Assembly (NCBI RefSeq): GCF_000284115.1
Contig: NC_017080.1
Location: 2,220,001-2,252,000, forward strand
Reading direction: 5' to 3'
Source: Phycisphaera mikurensis NBRC 102666
Lineage (GTDB): Bacteria; Planctomycetota; Phycisphaerae; Phycisphaerales; Phycisphaeraceae
Length of the DNA stretch: 32,000 bases
Part shown: positions 17,719 to 26,646 of the stretch, piece by piece
Layout of the letters: the number at the start of each line of letters is the position of its first letter
Position numbering within the stretch: position 1 is the first letter of the stretch
Made by a program: the position numbers and the translations under genes
Notes under the pieces: model-generated
The model's input: only the letters and a program-made list of their open reading frames with translations
Told to the model about the DNA's origin: nothing
Databases searched by the model: none

Positions 17719-19590
17719 ATGACCGCCGCCCCCACCTCCACGCTCTCCTCCCGCGGCATCACGCCCACGCGCCACGGGCCCGCCACCGACCGCTACGCCG
17801 GCATGACCGGGGCGCAGGCGTTCACGGCCCTGATGGCCGAGCACGGCGTCGACACGATCTTCGGATACCCAGGCGGCGCGATCCTCCCGGTCTTCGACGC
17901 GATCCACGAGAGCAAGAACTTCCAGTTCGTGCTCGCCCGCCACGAGCAGGGCGCCGGCCACATGGCCGAGGGCTACGCCCGCGTCACCGGCCGGCCGGGC
18001 ATCGTGCTGGTGACCAGCGGGCCGGGCGCCACCAACACGGTGACGCCCCTGCAGGACGCGCTGATGGACGGCACGCCGATCATCGTGTTCGCCGGCCAGG
18101 TGGCCACCGGCGCCATCGGCAGCGACGCCTTCCAGGAGGCGGACATGACCGGCATCACCCGGCCCTGCACCAAGTGGAACACGCTGGTGAAGGACGTGGA
18201 CGACCTGCCCCGCGCCGTCAACACCGCCTTCCACGTGGCCACCACCGGCCGCCCCGGCCCGGTGTTCGTCGACCTGCCCAAGGACGTCACCGCGGCGCTG
18301 ATCGGCGGGAGCGTGCACGACCAGGTGCACCTGCCCGGCTACGCCATGCGCGAGGCCGGGACGTCCTCGCAGATCCGGGAGGCGGCCGAGCTGATCAACC
18401 GGGCGGAGAAGCCGCTGCTCTACGTCGGCCAAGGCGCGATCCTCTCCGGCGCCGAGGGGATCCTCGCGCAGTGCGCCCGCGACGCCGGCATCCCCGTGAC
18501 GACGACGCTGCAAGGCCTCGGCGCCTTCCCCGAGACCGACGAGCTCTCGGTGCACATGCTCGGCATGCACGGCTCGGCCTACGCCAACTGGGCGATGCGG
18601 GACGCCGACGTGGTGATCTCGGTGGGCGCCCGCTTCGACGACCGCGTCACCGGCAACGTCGCCACCTTCGCCCCCGGCGCCCGTGCGGCGGAGGCCGCCG
18701 GCCGCGGCGGCATCATCCACTTCGACATCGCCCCCGAGAACATCAACAAGGCGGTGCCGGTGGCGATCGGGGTCGAGGGCGACGCGAAGAAGAACCTCGA
18801 GCTGCTCCACCCGCTGCTCACCCGCCACGACGCCGCCGGGGCGACCGACCGCAGCGCCTGGCTCAAGCAGATCGCCAACTGGAAGGCGGAGGCGCCGTTC
18901 GCGTTCGACCACGACGAACGCGAGTTCCACCTCAAGCCCCAGGCGGTCATCCAGGAGCTCTACGAGCAGCTCGGCGAGAACGGCATCATCACCACCGGCG
19001 TGGGCCAGCACCAGATGTGGGCGGCCCACTTCTACCAGTACACCTTCCCCAAGCAGTGGATGACCAGCGGCGGGCTGGGCACGATGGGCTTCGGCGTGCC
19101 CTCGAGCGTGGGCGCGCAGGCCGGCGAGATGATCGAGGCCAAGAAGCAGGGGCGTCCGCACCGGCAGGTCGTCAACATCGACGGCGACGGCAGCTTCTCG
19201 ATGACCTGCATGGAGATGACCACCGCCGCGCAGTACGGAATCCCCGCGAAGTCGATCATCCTCAACAACGACTTCCAGGGCATGGTCAAGCAGTGGCAGG
19301 ACCTCTTCTACGAGGAGCGGTACTCGCACACCGAGATGCACAACCCCGACTTCGTGAAGCTCGTCGAGGCGATGCACTGCGGGGCCTTCCGCGTGACGAA
19401 GCTCGAGGACCTGCCACGCGTGATGAAGGCGTTCCTCGCGTACGACGGCCCCGCCGTGCTCGAAGCGCTCGTGGAGAAGCACGAGCACGTGTACCCGATG
19501 GTGCCCGCCGGCAAGAGCGTCGACGAGATGGTCCTCGGCAAGCCGCCGGTGCCCGCCGATGCGCCCGAGGCCGTCAAGGCCGAGGGCTGA
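17719..19590 (+). CDS. ilvB: Acetolactate synthase large subunit
   Basis: MTGAQAFTALMAEHGVDTIFGYPGGAILPVFDAI, RHEQGAGHMAEGYARVTGRPGIVLVTSGPGATN, ThDP-binding NIDGDGSFSMTCMEMTTA. Confidence 0.95.
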   Translation: MTAAPTSTLSSRGITPTRHGPATDRYAGMTGAQAFTALMAEHGVDTIFGYPGGAILPVFDAIHESKNFQFVLARHEQGAGHMAEGYARVTGRPGIVLVTSGPGATNTVTPLQDALMDGTPIIVFAGQVATGAIGSDAFQEADMTGITRPCTKWNTLVKDVDDLPRAVNTAFHVATTGRPGPVFVDLPKDVTAALIGGSVHDQVHLPGYAMREAGTSSQIREAAELINRAEKPLLYVGQGAILSGAEGILAQCARDAGIPVTTTLQGLGAFPETDELSVHMLGMHGSAYANWAMRDADVVISVGARFDDRVTGNVATFAPGARAAEAAGRGGIIHFDIAPENINKAVPVAIGVEGDAKKNLELLHPLLTRHDAAGATDRSAWLKQIANWKAEAPFAFDHDEREFHLKPQAVIQELYEQLGENGIITTGVGQHQMWAAHFYQYTFPKQWMTSGGLGTMGFGVPSSVGAQAGEMIEAKKQGRPHRQVVNIDGDGSFSMTCMEMTTAAQYGIPAKSIILNNDFQGMVKQWQDLFYEERYSHTEMHNPDFVKLVEAMHCGAFRVTKLEDLPRVMKAFLAYDGPAVLEALVEKHEHVYPMVPAGKSVDEMVLGKPPVPADAPEAVKAEG

Positions 19591-19645
19591 AAGACCGAGG
19601 GCTGAAAGGCCAGGATGCCGCGCCCCCGCGGCCGAGCCTCGTGAA

Positions 19646-20503
19646 TCAGTCGTAGGCGATGCCGCCGAGGCGGCGGTGGAGCGCCTCGTGCGCGGCGACG
19701 TCGGCCCGCCAGGCGGCCTCCGTCGCGGGACCGCCGCCGGGCTCGCCCCGCAGCACCACGCCGACGCCGGCGGCGGTCGCGCCTCCGAAGGCCGCACGCC
19801 AGGCGCCCAGCCCGGCGGGCGTCCGCGGGACCTCCACGAGCGCGAGCACCCGGCGGCCGCGGCGGCCGGCCTCGTCGAAGAAGCGCTCGACCGCTCCGGC
19901 GGAGCGGCCTTCCGGCGGAGCAACCGCGAGCAGGTCGACCGAAGCCAGCACCGCCGCGTCCCGGTCCGACGCGGCGGGATCGGCGTCCCGGCCCGGCAGG
20001 AAGCCGACGCGGGCCACCCGCTGCCCGGGCGCTCGGTCCCGGACCGCGGCGACGAACGCCGCGACGGCGTCCGGTTCGGCGTCGCCTGCCTCGATGAGCA
20101 CGACGCCGCTGGAGGGCAGCGTCGGGAGCCCGGCGGCGGGCGTTCCCACCGCCAGCACGACGACCCGCTCGCCCGGCGTCGACGCCTCCGGGCCGCTGAG
20201 CGCGTTGTAGATCCGGCTCCGGCGGGCGGGGTCGGGCGCCGTCGGCGTCGGCTCCACACCGGGGGGAGCGGCGACCGGCGCCGCAGCGGGCTGGGCCTCG
20301 CCCGGATCCGCGGACCGCGGCGCCTGCGGCCCTCCGACGGCCGCGGTCCGCGGGAGCGTGCCCGCGGGCGGCCCGGCGGGCCCGGTGGCGTCGGCAGGCG
20401 TGGGCGCCGCCGTCAGCCGCCCCGACCCGCCCGCCGCCCCGTAGAAGACCGCCACCCCGAGGCAGACCCCGGCGGCGCAGGCGATCGAGGAGCGGAGGTC
20501 CAT
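19646..20503 (-). CDS. Hypothetical protein with N-terminal membrane/signal segment and Pro/Ala-rich linker
   Basis: MDLRSSIACAAGVCLGVAVFYG then low-complexity P/A region and a ~200-aa domain; alternative upstream ATG at 20548. Confidence 0.65.
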   Translation of the reverse strand: MDLRSSIACAAGVCLGVAVFYGAAGGSGRLTAAPTPADATGPAGPPAGTLPRTAAVGGPQAPRSADPGEAQPAAAPVAAPPGVEPTPTAPDPARRSRIYNALSGPEASTPGERVVVLAVGTPAAGLPTLPSSGVVLIEAGDAEPDAVAAFVAAVRDRAPGQRVARVGFLPGRDADPAASDRDAAVLASVDLLAVAPPEGRSAGAVERFFDEAGRRGRRVLALVEVPRTPAGLGAWRAAFGGATAAGVGVVLRGEPGGGPATEAAWRADVAAHEALHRRLGGIAYD

Positions 20504-20574
20504 GGAGCTTCTTTCGGCTGCCGGCGGGATGGGCGTGAGAAGCGTCATCGAGGTCCCCCGGGGTTCAGATCCGC

Positions 20575-21323
20575 CCGGCCGCGGTCGCTGCGTGGCGACG
20601 CCACGCTGTCCGGGTCGCCATCCAGCTCCTTGGCGCACAAGCCAGACAGAGCGGCGTCGCCGCTCAGCTCTCGGAGCCAGCCTGGCCGCGGTAGCTGCGT
20701 GGCGACGCCACGCTGTCCGGGCCGCCGATCCAGCTCCCTCGCGCACAAGGCAGACAGAGCGGCGTCGCCGCTCAGCTCTCGGAGCCAGCCTGGCCGCGAT
20801 AGCTGCGTGGCGACGCCACGCTGTCCGACTCCCGATCCAGCTCCCTCGCGCACAAGGCAGACAGAGCGGCGTCGCCGCTCAGCTCTCGGAGCCAGCTTGG
20901 CCGCGCTAGCTGCGTGGCGACGCCACGCTGTCCGACTCCCGATCCAGCTCCCTCGCGCACAAGCCAGACAGAGCGGCATCGCCGCTCAGCTCTCGCCGCC
21001 AGCTTGGCCGCGGTCGCTGCGTGGCGACGCCACGCTGTCCGAGCCGCCGATCCAGCTCCCTCGCGCACAAGGCAGACAGAGCGGCGTCGCCGCTCAGCTC
21101 TCGGAGCCAGCCTGGCCGCGCTAGCTGCGTGGCGACGCCACGCTGTCCGAGCCCCGATCCAGCTTCCTCACGCACAAGCAGACAGAGCGGCGTCGCCGCT
21201 CAGCTCTCGGAGCCAGCCTGGCCGCGGTAGCTGCGTGGCGACGCCACGCTGCCCGAGCCGCGATCCAGCTCCTTCGCGCACAAGCAGACAGAGCGGCATC
21301 GCCGCTCAGCTCTCGCCGCCAGC
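20575..21323. repeat. Tandem array of 7 imperfect ~107-bp repeats, noncoding, two quasi-palindromes per unit
   Basis: Anchor GCTGCGTGGCGACGCCACGCTG recurs at 20587, 20694, 20802, 20909, 21016, 21124, 21230 (periods 107,108,107,107,108,106). Confidence 0.95.
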
Positions 21324-21492
21324 CTCCGCCGGCATCGCCTCCGGCGACCACCACCCCGCAACCGCTGTTCCACCGACCGGTCCATGCATTGGGGCTCCGC
21401 CAGGGGCTCCATCGGAGGCGCGACCGCGAGGGCGGGGCACCCGGAGGCGGTGCGTCCGCGCCGCGGCGGAGGCGTCCCAGCCATTCGAGGCC

Positions 21493-24400
21493 TCAGCGGC
21501 GGCGGCGGCGCGTGAGCAGGCTCAGGCCGACCCCCAGCGCGGCGGCGGTGCCGGGCTCGGGAACCAGGAGGCCCGCATCCACGAAGCGCTGGCGGGCGAG
21601 CGCACCGTCGGCGAAGAGGTCCAGGAACGGGTCGATGTCGCCGCGGTCGAAAACGAAGTCGCGGTTGACGTCGCCGGTAACCAGCGCGTCGATCGAGAAG
21701 GCCCGCTGGTACGCGTCCACGTCGGTGAGCGCCAGCACGGCGGCGTCGGCGTCGTCGAGGTCGATCACGCCGTCGCGGGTGAAGTCGCCGCTGATCTCCC
21801 CGAGGAAGGCGGTGACGAACAGCTCGGCGTCGACGCCGTCGAGCGTGCCGTCGGGGTTCAAGTCCAGCGTCCAGAGGAGGTCGGCGTCGGTGGTGAAGCG
21901 GTTGTCGCGGAGGAACAGCAGGTCGAAGCTGTCGGTGTCGCCGTTGCCGTTGAGGTTCCCGCGGCGGTCGAGCACCTCGTCGTAGGCGGCGGCCGCGTCG
22001 GCGGTGACGGCGGCGGCGTCGAAGAGCGGGCGGATGGCGAGCAAGTCCAGCGTGTCGACGTTCCCGTCGCCGTTGGCGTCGGCGGCGGGGCTGAACAGCC
22101 GATTGCGGCTGTAGAGGAAGGTCTCGAAGTTCGTCGCCGAAGCGGTCAGATCGGCGCGGGTGAGCGAGCCGTCGCCGTCGACGTCGCCGATGCCGGCGCC
22201 GTTCCCGTTGTCGATGCCGATCCCGCTGTAGCGGCGGACGCTGCGGTTGCCGGTGACTTCGAAGGTGACCAGCGTGACCGCGTTGTTGCCGGCGGCCACG
22301 CCGGTAAAGCCGCGGCGGAACAGGTCGCGGTCGATGCGGTTGCCGGCGTTGCCGCCGTCGACCTGCGCCAGCACCTCGGCATCGGTGAGGCCGCTGCCCA
22401 GATTCAGGAAGAAGTGCATCGCGTCGGCGGTGCCATCGGTGCTGCGTCCGTCGAAGTCGATGTCGTGGCCGTCGGCGCTGAAGGGCGTCAGGCCGGCGAG
22501 GGCGGACTCGGGAGCGAGGCGGTCGACGTAGAGGACTTCCTTGAAGTCTTCGAAGACCGCCGGTCCGCCGTCGCCGCCGGTGGCCACGTCGCGGTGGCGG
22601 AAGGCGCGGACGGTGAGGTAGTGCTCGCCCTCGGCCAGGCCGGTGGTGTCGATCGTCTGGGCGAAGCGGCCGCGGCCGTCCGCGTTGAAGAAGCCCGGGT
22701 CGTTCACGTCGGTGAAGTTCTCGAAGCCGTAGGCGGTGCTGCCGGGCGTTGTGAAGTCGACCGCCCCGCTGCCGTTCAGGTCCAGGCCGCCGTCGAGGCG
22801 GAAGGCGGCGAAGTCGCCGTCGGCGTCGCGGTCGCGGACCGCGATCTGCTCGATTTGCTGCGTCAGCGGGTTCAGCCAGCCGCCGGTGTGCGTGACGGCG
22901 TCGGTCTCCAGCGAGATGCCCAGCGTGTCGCCGGTCACCACGCGGAGCGGGGCGAGCCGAGCGCGGGAGCGGTCGCGGTTGCTGCCGGCGTCGGGCACGC
23001 CGTCGCCGTCGGTGTCGACCGTGAGCGGAACGGCATCGGGGCCGATCGTGCGGGTGGAGCCGGCGAGCTGGATGCCGGCGGAGGACTCGGGCTTCGCCAA
23101 GCCGTAGACGAGGTAGCCCTTGTCCTGCCCGTCGTTGCGGAGCGCGCGGACGGTGACCTTCGACGGCCCCGCGAAGAAGTCGTTGTCGACGACGAGCAGC
23201 TCGGCGATGTCCGCCTCGGCCGCCGCGTTGCCGGTGAGCTCGACCAGCGGCGTGCCGAAGGGCAGGTCGACCTCGACGCGGCGCGTGTCGAAGCCGGCAT
23301 CGTTGCGGTTGGACAGCACGACCAGCGCGCTGCCGGCCCGCTCGTAGACGAGCGTCTCCTTCTCCAGGAAGCGCTCGCGGTAGTCGCCGCGGCCATGCGT
23401 TTCGCGGAGCTTCGTGAGCGTGGTGATCCGGTCGCTGCCGGTGCCCAGCGCGTCGCGGCGGCCGTCCTTGGGGAAGTCGCGGCCGTCGCCGTGCTCCTCG
23501 GCGTTGTGGTAGACGACCGCGTTGCCCGGCCGCATCAGCATGTGCGCGTGGGCGACGTTGTTCATCGCCAGGCCGTTCTGCGCGGGCCCGTCATCGTGGC
23601 TCTGCACGAAGAGCAGGCCGTTGCTGCCGTTGATCAGCCCGTCGTCGGCGACGTCCATGCCCGACGCCTGCACGGCGCGCCAGTCGTTGCCGATCGCGTT
23701 GCCCTGCAGGTTGCGGGCCAGGGCGGCCTGGTAGTTGAAGTCCAGCGTGTCGCGGTTCCCGCCGACGCGGCCGGGATCGTTGGGATCGATGTCCTTGCGG
23801 ACGTGGACGCCCAGCAGCGTGCCCGTGTCGGTGAGGAAGGCTTCGCCGAAGCTGAACACGTCGCGGCGGCTGCCGTCCAGGTTCGTCCGCGTGCTCGCCC
23901 GGTACACGGCCTGGTCGAAGTAGTCGAAGACGAAGGGCTCGAAGTGCTTGGTGGCGTCGAGGCGGAAGCCGTCGACGCCGACGTCGGCGACCATCCAGCG
24001 GCTGTTCCGCATGAGCAGGCCCATCGCGTTCTCGGGCACGGCGTCGCCGGCGAGCGGATCGGACGTGTTGAAGGGGTGGATCGCGATGTCCTGCTCACCG
24101 GTGTACGGGTTGAACACGCGGATCGGATCCAGGTCGCGGTCGGCGTAGAAGCGGGCGTTGGCCGGGTCGGGCCGATTCGCGGAGGTACCTGCAGGGATGT
24201 TGCGGGGGTCGTTCGCGTTCACCGGCGTGCGGATGAACCGGAAGTTGGTCGCGTGGTTGATGTCGATCAGGCCCGCGAGGCGGCCGCGGAGGTCGCCGCC
24301 CTCGAAGGCGGAGTGGAAGTCGCCGTCGGTGCCGGGCACGCCGAAGGGGTCGCTGCCGCCATCCGGATCCTGGAGGAAGAAGCCCGGGTACCCGCCGCCG

Positions 24401-24810
24401 GCGATGAAGCCCGGCCGGCTGGCGTCGGAGAAGCCGTTGTGGTTAAGCACCTGGTCGACGTAGATGCTGCCGCCGACGCGGTGGATGCGGTCGGTCAGCG
24501 TGCGGAGGCCGGTCTCCGTGCCGTACAGCGTCGGGGCGTTGGCGCGGCCGAGGTCGAAACGGTCGTACACGTCGTAGCCGACGCTCTGGTTGCCCGAGTC
24601 GGCGCGGCCCACCGGCGGCACCCACGTGCCGCCGTAGCCGGCCAGGAAGAAGTCGCCGAGGCGGTTCTCCTGGTTCTCGTACGTGCTGTCGAACCACTGG
24701 AGGATCGCGGGGGCGGACACGTCCTGCGCGAAGGCGGAGCCGGGGGCCAGCGGGGCCGCGAGGGCGGCGGCGAGGAGGCAGCGGGAGCGGGAGAGGGAGA
24801 GGATGGCCAT
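21493..24810 (-). CDS. Secreted GH13 alpha-amylase-like protein with dockerin-like Ca-binding repeats and PEP-CTERM sorting signal
   Basis: Signal peptide at ATG 24810; GH13 motifs VDQVLNH, VDGFRLDATKH, FSFGEAF, FVQSHDD; GDVDGDGSLTRAD / DANGDGNVDTLD repeats; C-terminus VPEPGTAAALGVGLSLLTRRRRR. Confidence 0.88.
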   Translation of the reverse strand: MAILSLSRSRCLLAAALAAPLAPGSAFAQDVSAPAILQWFDSTYENQENRLGDFFLAGYGGTWVPPVGRADSGNQSVGYDVYDRFDLGRANAPTLYGTETGLRTLTDRIHRVGGSIYVDQVLNHNGFSDASRPGFIAGGGYPGFFLQDPDGGSDPFGVPGTDGDFHSAFEGGDLRGRLAGLIDINHATNFRFIRTPVNANDPRNIPAGTSANRPDPANARFYADRDLDPIRVFNPYTGEQDIAIHPFNTSDPLAGDAVPENAMGLLMRNSRWMVADVGVDGFRLDATKHFEPFVFDYFDQAVYRASTRTNLDGSRRDVFSFGEAFLTDTGTLLGVHVRKDIDPNDPGRVGGNRDTLDFNYQAALARNLQGNAIGNDWRAVQASGMDVADDGLINGSNGLLFVQSHDDGPAQNGLAMNNVAHAHMLMRPGNAVVYHNAEEHGDGRDFPKDGRRDALGTGSDRITTLTKLRETHGRGDYRERFLEKETLVYERAGSALVVLSNRNDAGFDTRRVEVDLPFGTPLVELTGNAAAEADIAELLVVDNDFFAGPSKVTVRALRNDGQDKGYLVYGLAKPESSAGIQLAGSTRTIGPDAVPLTVDTDGDGVPDAGSNRDRSRARLAPLRVVTGDTLGISLETDAVTHTGGWLNPLTQQIEQIAVRDRDADGDFAAFRLDGGLDLNGSGAVDFTTPGSTAYGFENFTDVNDPGFFNADGRGRFAQTIDTTGLAEGEHYLTVRAFRHRDVATGGDGGPAVFEDFKEVLYVDRLAPESALAGLTPFSADGHDIDFDGRSTDGTADAMHFFLNLGSGLTDAEVLAQVDGGNAGNRIDRDLFRRGFTGVAAGNNAVTLVTFEVTGNRSVRRYSGIGIDNGNGAGIGDVDGDGSLTRADLTASATNFETFLYSRNRLFSPAADANGDGNVDTLDLLAIRPLFDAAAVTADAAAAYDEVLDRRGNLNGNGDTDSFDLLFLRDNRFTTDADLLWTLDLNPDGTLDGVDAELFVTAFLGEISGDFTRDGVIDLDDADAAVLALTDVDAYQRAFSIDALVTGDVNRDFVFDRGDIDPFLDLFADGALARQRFVDAGLLVPEPGTAAALGVGLSLLTRRRRR

Positions 24811-24870
24811 GGCGTGGACGCCGGTTTGGTGCAGGGGAGGCGCAGCGGGAGCCCGCTGCCGCCGAAACAG

Positions 24871-24898
24871 ACGGCCCCGGCGTTCCCGCCGGGGCCGT
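24871..24898 (-). terminator. Intrinsic terminator downstream of the PEP-CTERM gene at 24960-25853
   Basis: Minus strand: ACGGCCCCGGCG-GGAA-CGCCGGGGCCGT followed by CTGTTTC; perfect 12-bp stem, tetraloop, T-rich tail. Confidence 0.75.
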
Positions 24899-24959
24899 CG
24901 CTTGTCGCCCTCCTCCACCGTGGGCCGGAGAGCCTTTTGCCAAGCGAGACGCAGGAGGG

Positions 24960-25853
24960 TCAGCCGCGGCGACGACCGGCGATCAGCAGGCCGCCGAGGC
25001 CGAGCAGCGCGAGGCTGGCGGGCTCGGGGACGACCGGAGCCGAAATGGTCACGAACTGTTCACCGGCGAGCGTGTTGAGGTCCACGACCGTCGGATCCCC
25101 GAGGTTGCCCGTGCCCGCAGGCAGCGAGCCGAGGAGCTGATTGGAGGCGAAGGTGCCGTCGGCGCTGGTGTAGATCGCCGCGACCTTGATGTCGCCCTCG
25201 GTGGTGCCAAAGAACGCGGCGAGATCGATCTCCAGCTCGATGCCGGTCGTCGCCGAAGCGGCGAGTGAAGCATCGGCATCGGTGACGCCGAGCACGTTGC
25301 TGTTGTCCCAGCCAACCTGCACGCCGTTCGAGCCGACGTTGCTCAGCGGCAGGTCGCCAGGGCCGCCGCCCGAGACCACGCTGACGGCGGTGTTGTCGAT
25401 CAGGTCGAAGGCATTCACGCCGTAGAAGCCGCTGCCGATCTCGAAGCGGAGGCCGTGATCTGCGGTGAAGCCGCTGTCGAACGTCAGGCCCGCGAGCGCG
25501 TTGACCTCGCCGAAGCCGCCGTCGGCGTTGTCGTTCGCGAGGACGTTCTCGCCGCCCGCGACACCATCGAAGAACAGGAACAGCTTGTTGAAGTTGCCCT
25601 CGACGTTGCCGGTGATGCCCAGCTCAAGATTTCCGGTCGCGGCGTTGTAGTCGCCGAAGATCTGGTTCAGCTCGCCGCCGCCCGCAGAGTCTTGGCCGCC
25701 GCCGGTGGCGTTTCCGAAGCCGGTCGCGTTCTGCTGCGTGGCGAGCAGCGTGAGACCCTCGGACGGGATGTTCTGCCCATCGAGCGTGATGGCCGAGGCG
25801 GAGCCCGCGGCGGCGAGGGAAGCGGCGGCGGAGAGAAGAGTCAGGGTTTTCAT
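24960..25853 (-). CDS. PEP-CTERM sorting domain-containing protein
   Basis: Signal peptide MKTLTLLSAAASLAAAGSASA; C-terminus VPEPASLALLGLGGLLIAGRRRG. Confidence 0.88.
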   Translation of the reverse strand: MKTLTLLSAAASLAAAGSASAITLDGQNIPSEGLTLLATQQNATGFGNATGGGQDSAGGGELNQIFGDYNAATGNLELGITGNVEGNFNKLFLFFDGVAGGENVLANDNADGGFGEVNALAGLTFDSGFTADHGLRFEIGSGFYGVNAFDLIDNTAVSVVSGGGPGDLPLSNVGSNGVQVGWDNSNVLGVTDADASLAASATTGIELEIDLAAFFGTTEGDIKVAAIYTSADGTFASNQLLGSLPAGTGNLGDPTVVDLNTLAGEQFVTISAPVVPEPASLALLGLGGLLIAGRRRG

Positions 25854-25883
25854 CGGAACCTCCAGGGGAGTGACGTGGCCGGT

Positions 25884-25907
25884 GGGCGGCTTCCACGAAG
25901 CCGCATC
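25884..25907 (-). promoter_or_regulatory. Leader hairpin element (copy 1), about 30 nt upstream of PEP-CTERM gene start 25853
   Basis: Plus-strand GGGCGGCTTCCACGAAGCCGCATC; sense strand forms GCGGCTTC-GTG-GAAGCCGC; identical to 26623-26646. Confidence 0.65.
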
Positions 25908-25957
25908 ACCACCGGGAAGGCCGCGATCGCCGTCTCCGGCGGCCGCGGGGAGAGGGA

Positions 25958-26593
25958 TCAAGCGCGGCGGCGGCGGAACAGGAGCGCCGCTCCGGCGCCC
26001 AGCAACGCGAGGCTCGCCGGCTCGGGCACGACGCTGAAGGTGGCCGTGTAATTGCTCCCGCCGTTGTCGGCGAGCTGATCGCCGTCCGCGGCGGTGAAGG
26101 CCCTCGCGAAGATCTCGATCTCGTAGTCGCCCTCGACCAGGCCGGCGACCACGTCCGGCGTGCTGGTGATGCCGCCGGGGCCGCCCCAGAGCTGGTCGCC
26201 GCCGCCGGTGAAGGTGTTCCCCGCGGCGTCGGTGAAGGTCGCGTTGGCGCCGAAGTTGTGCGCGATCGCCGTGAAGACGCCCGGCGCGTCGCCCACGCGC
26301 GTGACGCGGTAGTTGGTCTCGACGCCGGTGACGTCGCTGCCACCGTTCTTGAAGGTGAGGCCCTGCGCGTTGGAGATCACCAGCGTGTCGCCGGTGACGT
26401 CGAAGTCGCCGAGATCGAGGCCGTCGAAGTCGCTCAGCGGGCTGGACCCGGGCACCAGGAGGTTGTAGGAGGTCGCGGCCCCGCCGCTGGCGGTGAGCTC
26501 GACGTACGCGCCGAAGATGCCCGCGGCGCCGAAGGCGGAGGTGCTGGAGGCGGCAACGGCCGAGGCTGCCAGGACGGAAAACAGACGGTTCAT
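25958..26593 (-). CDS. PEP-CTERM sorting domain-containing protein
   Basis: Signal peptide MNRLFSVLAASAVAASSTSAFGA; C-terminus VPEPASLALLGAGAALLFRRRRA. Confidence 0.87.
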   Translation of the reverse strand: MNRLFSVLAASAVAASSTSAFGAAGIFGAYVELTASGGAATSYNLLVPGSSPLSDFDGLDLGDFDVTGDTLVISNAQGLTFKNGGSDVTGVETNYRVTRVGDAPGVFTAIAHNFGANATFTDAAGNTFTGGGDQLWGGPGGITSTPDVVAGLVEGDYEIEIFARAFTAADGDQLADNGGSNYTATFSVVPEPASLALLGAGAALLFRRRRA

Positions 26594-26622
26594 GCGGATT
26601 CTCTTCGATCGGACTCGGACAT

Positions 26623-26646
26623 GGGCGGCTTCCACGAAGCCGCATC
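26623..26646 (-). promoter_or_regulatory. Leader hairpin element (copy 2), about 30 nt upstream of PEP-CTERM gene start 26593
   Basis: 24-nt exact match to 25884-25907 at the same distance from a start codon. Confidence 0.65.

Noticed and set aside
11960-20259. Large ORFs 11960..15328 (+) and 16108..20259 (-)
   Set aside because: They are antisense shadows of the aldo/keto reductase plus transketolase and of the ilvB region, with no recognisable domains.
20575-21323. CRISPR or guide-RNA-like (e.g. TIGR-type) array interpretation of the tandem repeats
   Set aside because: Variation between copies is scattered substitutions and 1-2 nt indels rather than unique spacers between conserved repeats, and no Cas- or Tas-like gene is present in the window.
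20575-21323. Repeat-containing protein encoded by the array (ORFs at 20545..20979 -, 20502..20909 + and others)
   Set aside because: The ~107-nt period rotates reading frame, all apparent ORFs are short, occur on both strands and are broken by stops in a repeating pattern, with Arg/Ala/Ser-rich composition typical of high-GC artefacts.
20914-25140. 1408-aa plus-strand ORF
   Set aside because: Antisense to the GH13/PEP-CTERM amylase and running through the repeats; low-complexity Val/Ala/Glu/Gly composition, a GC-driven shadow ORF.
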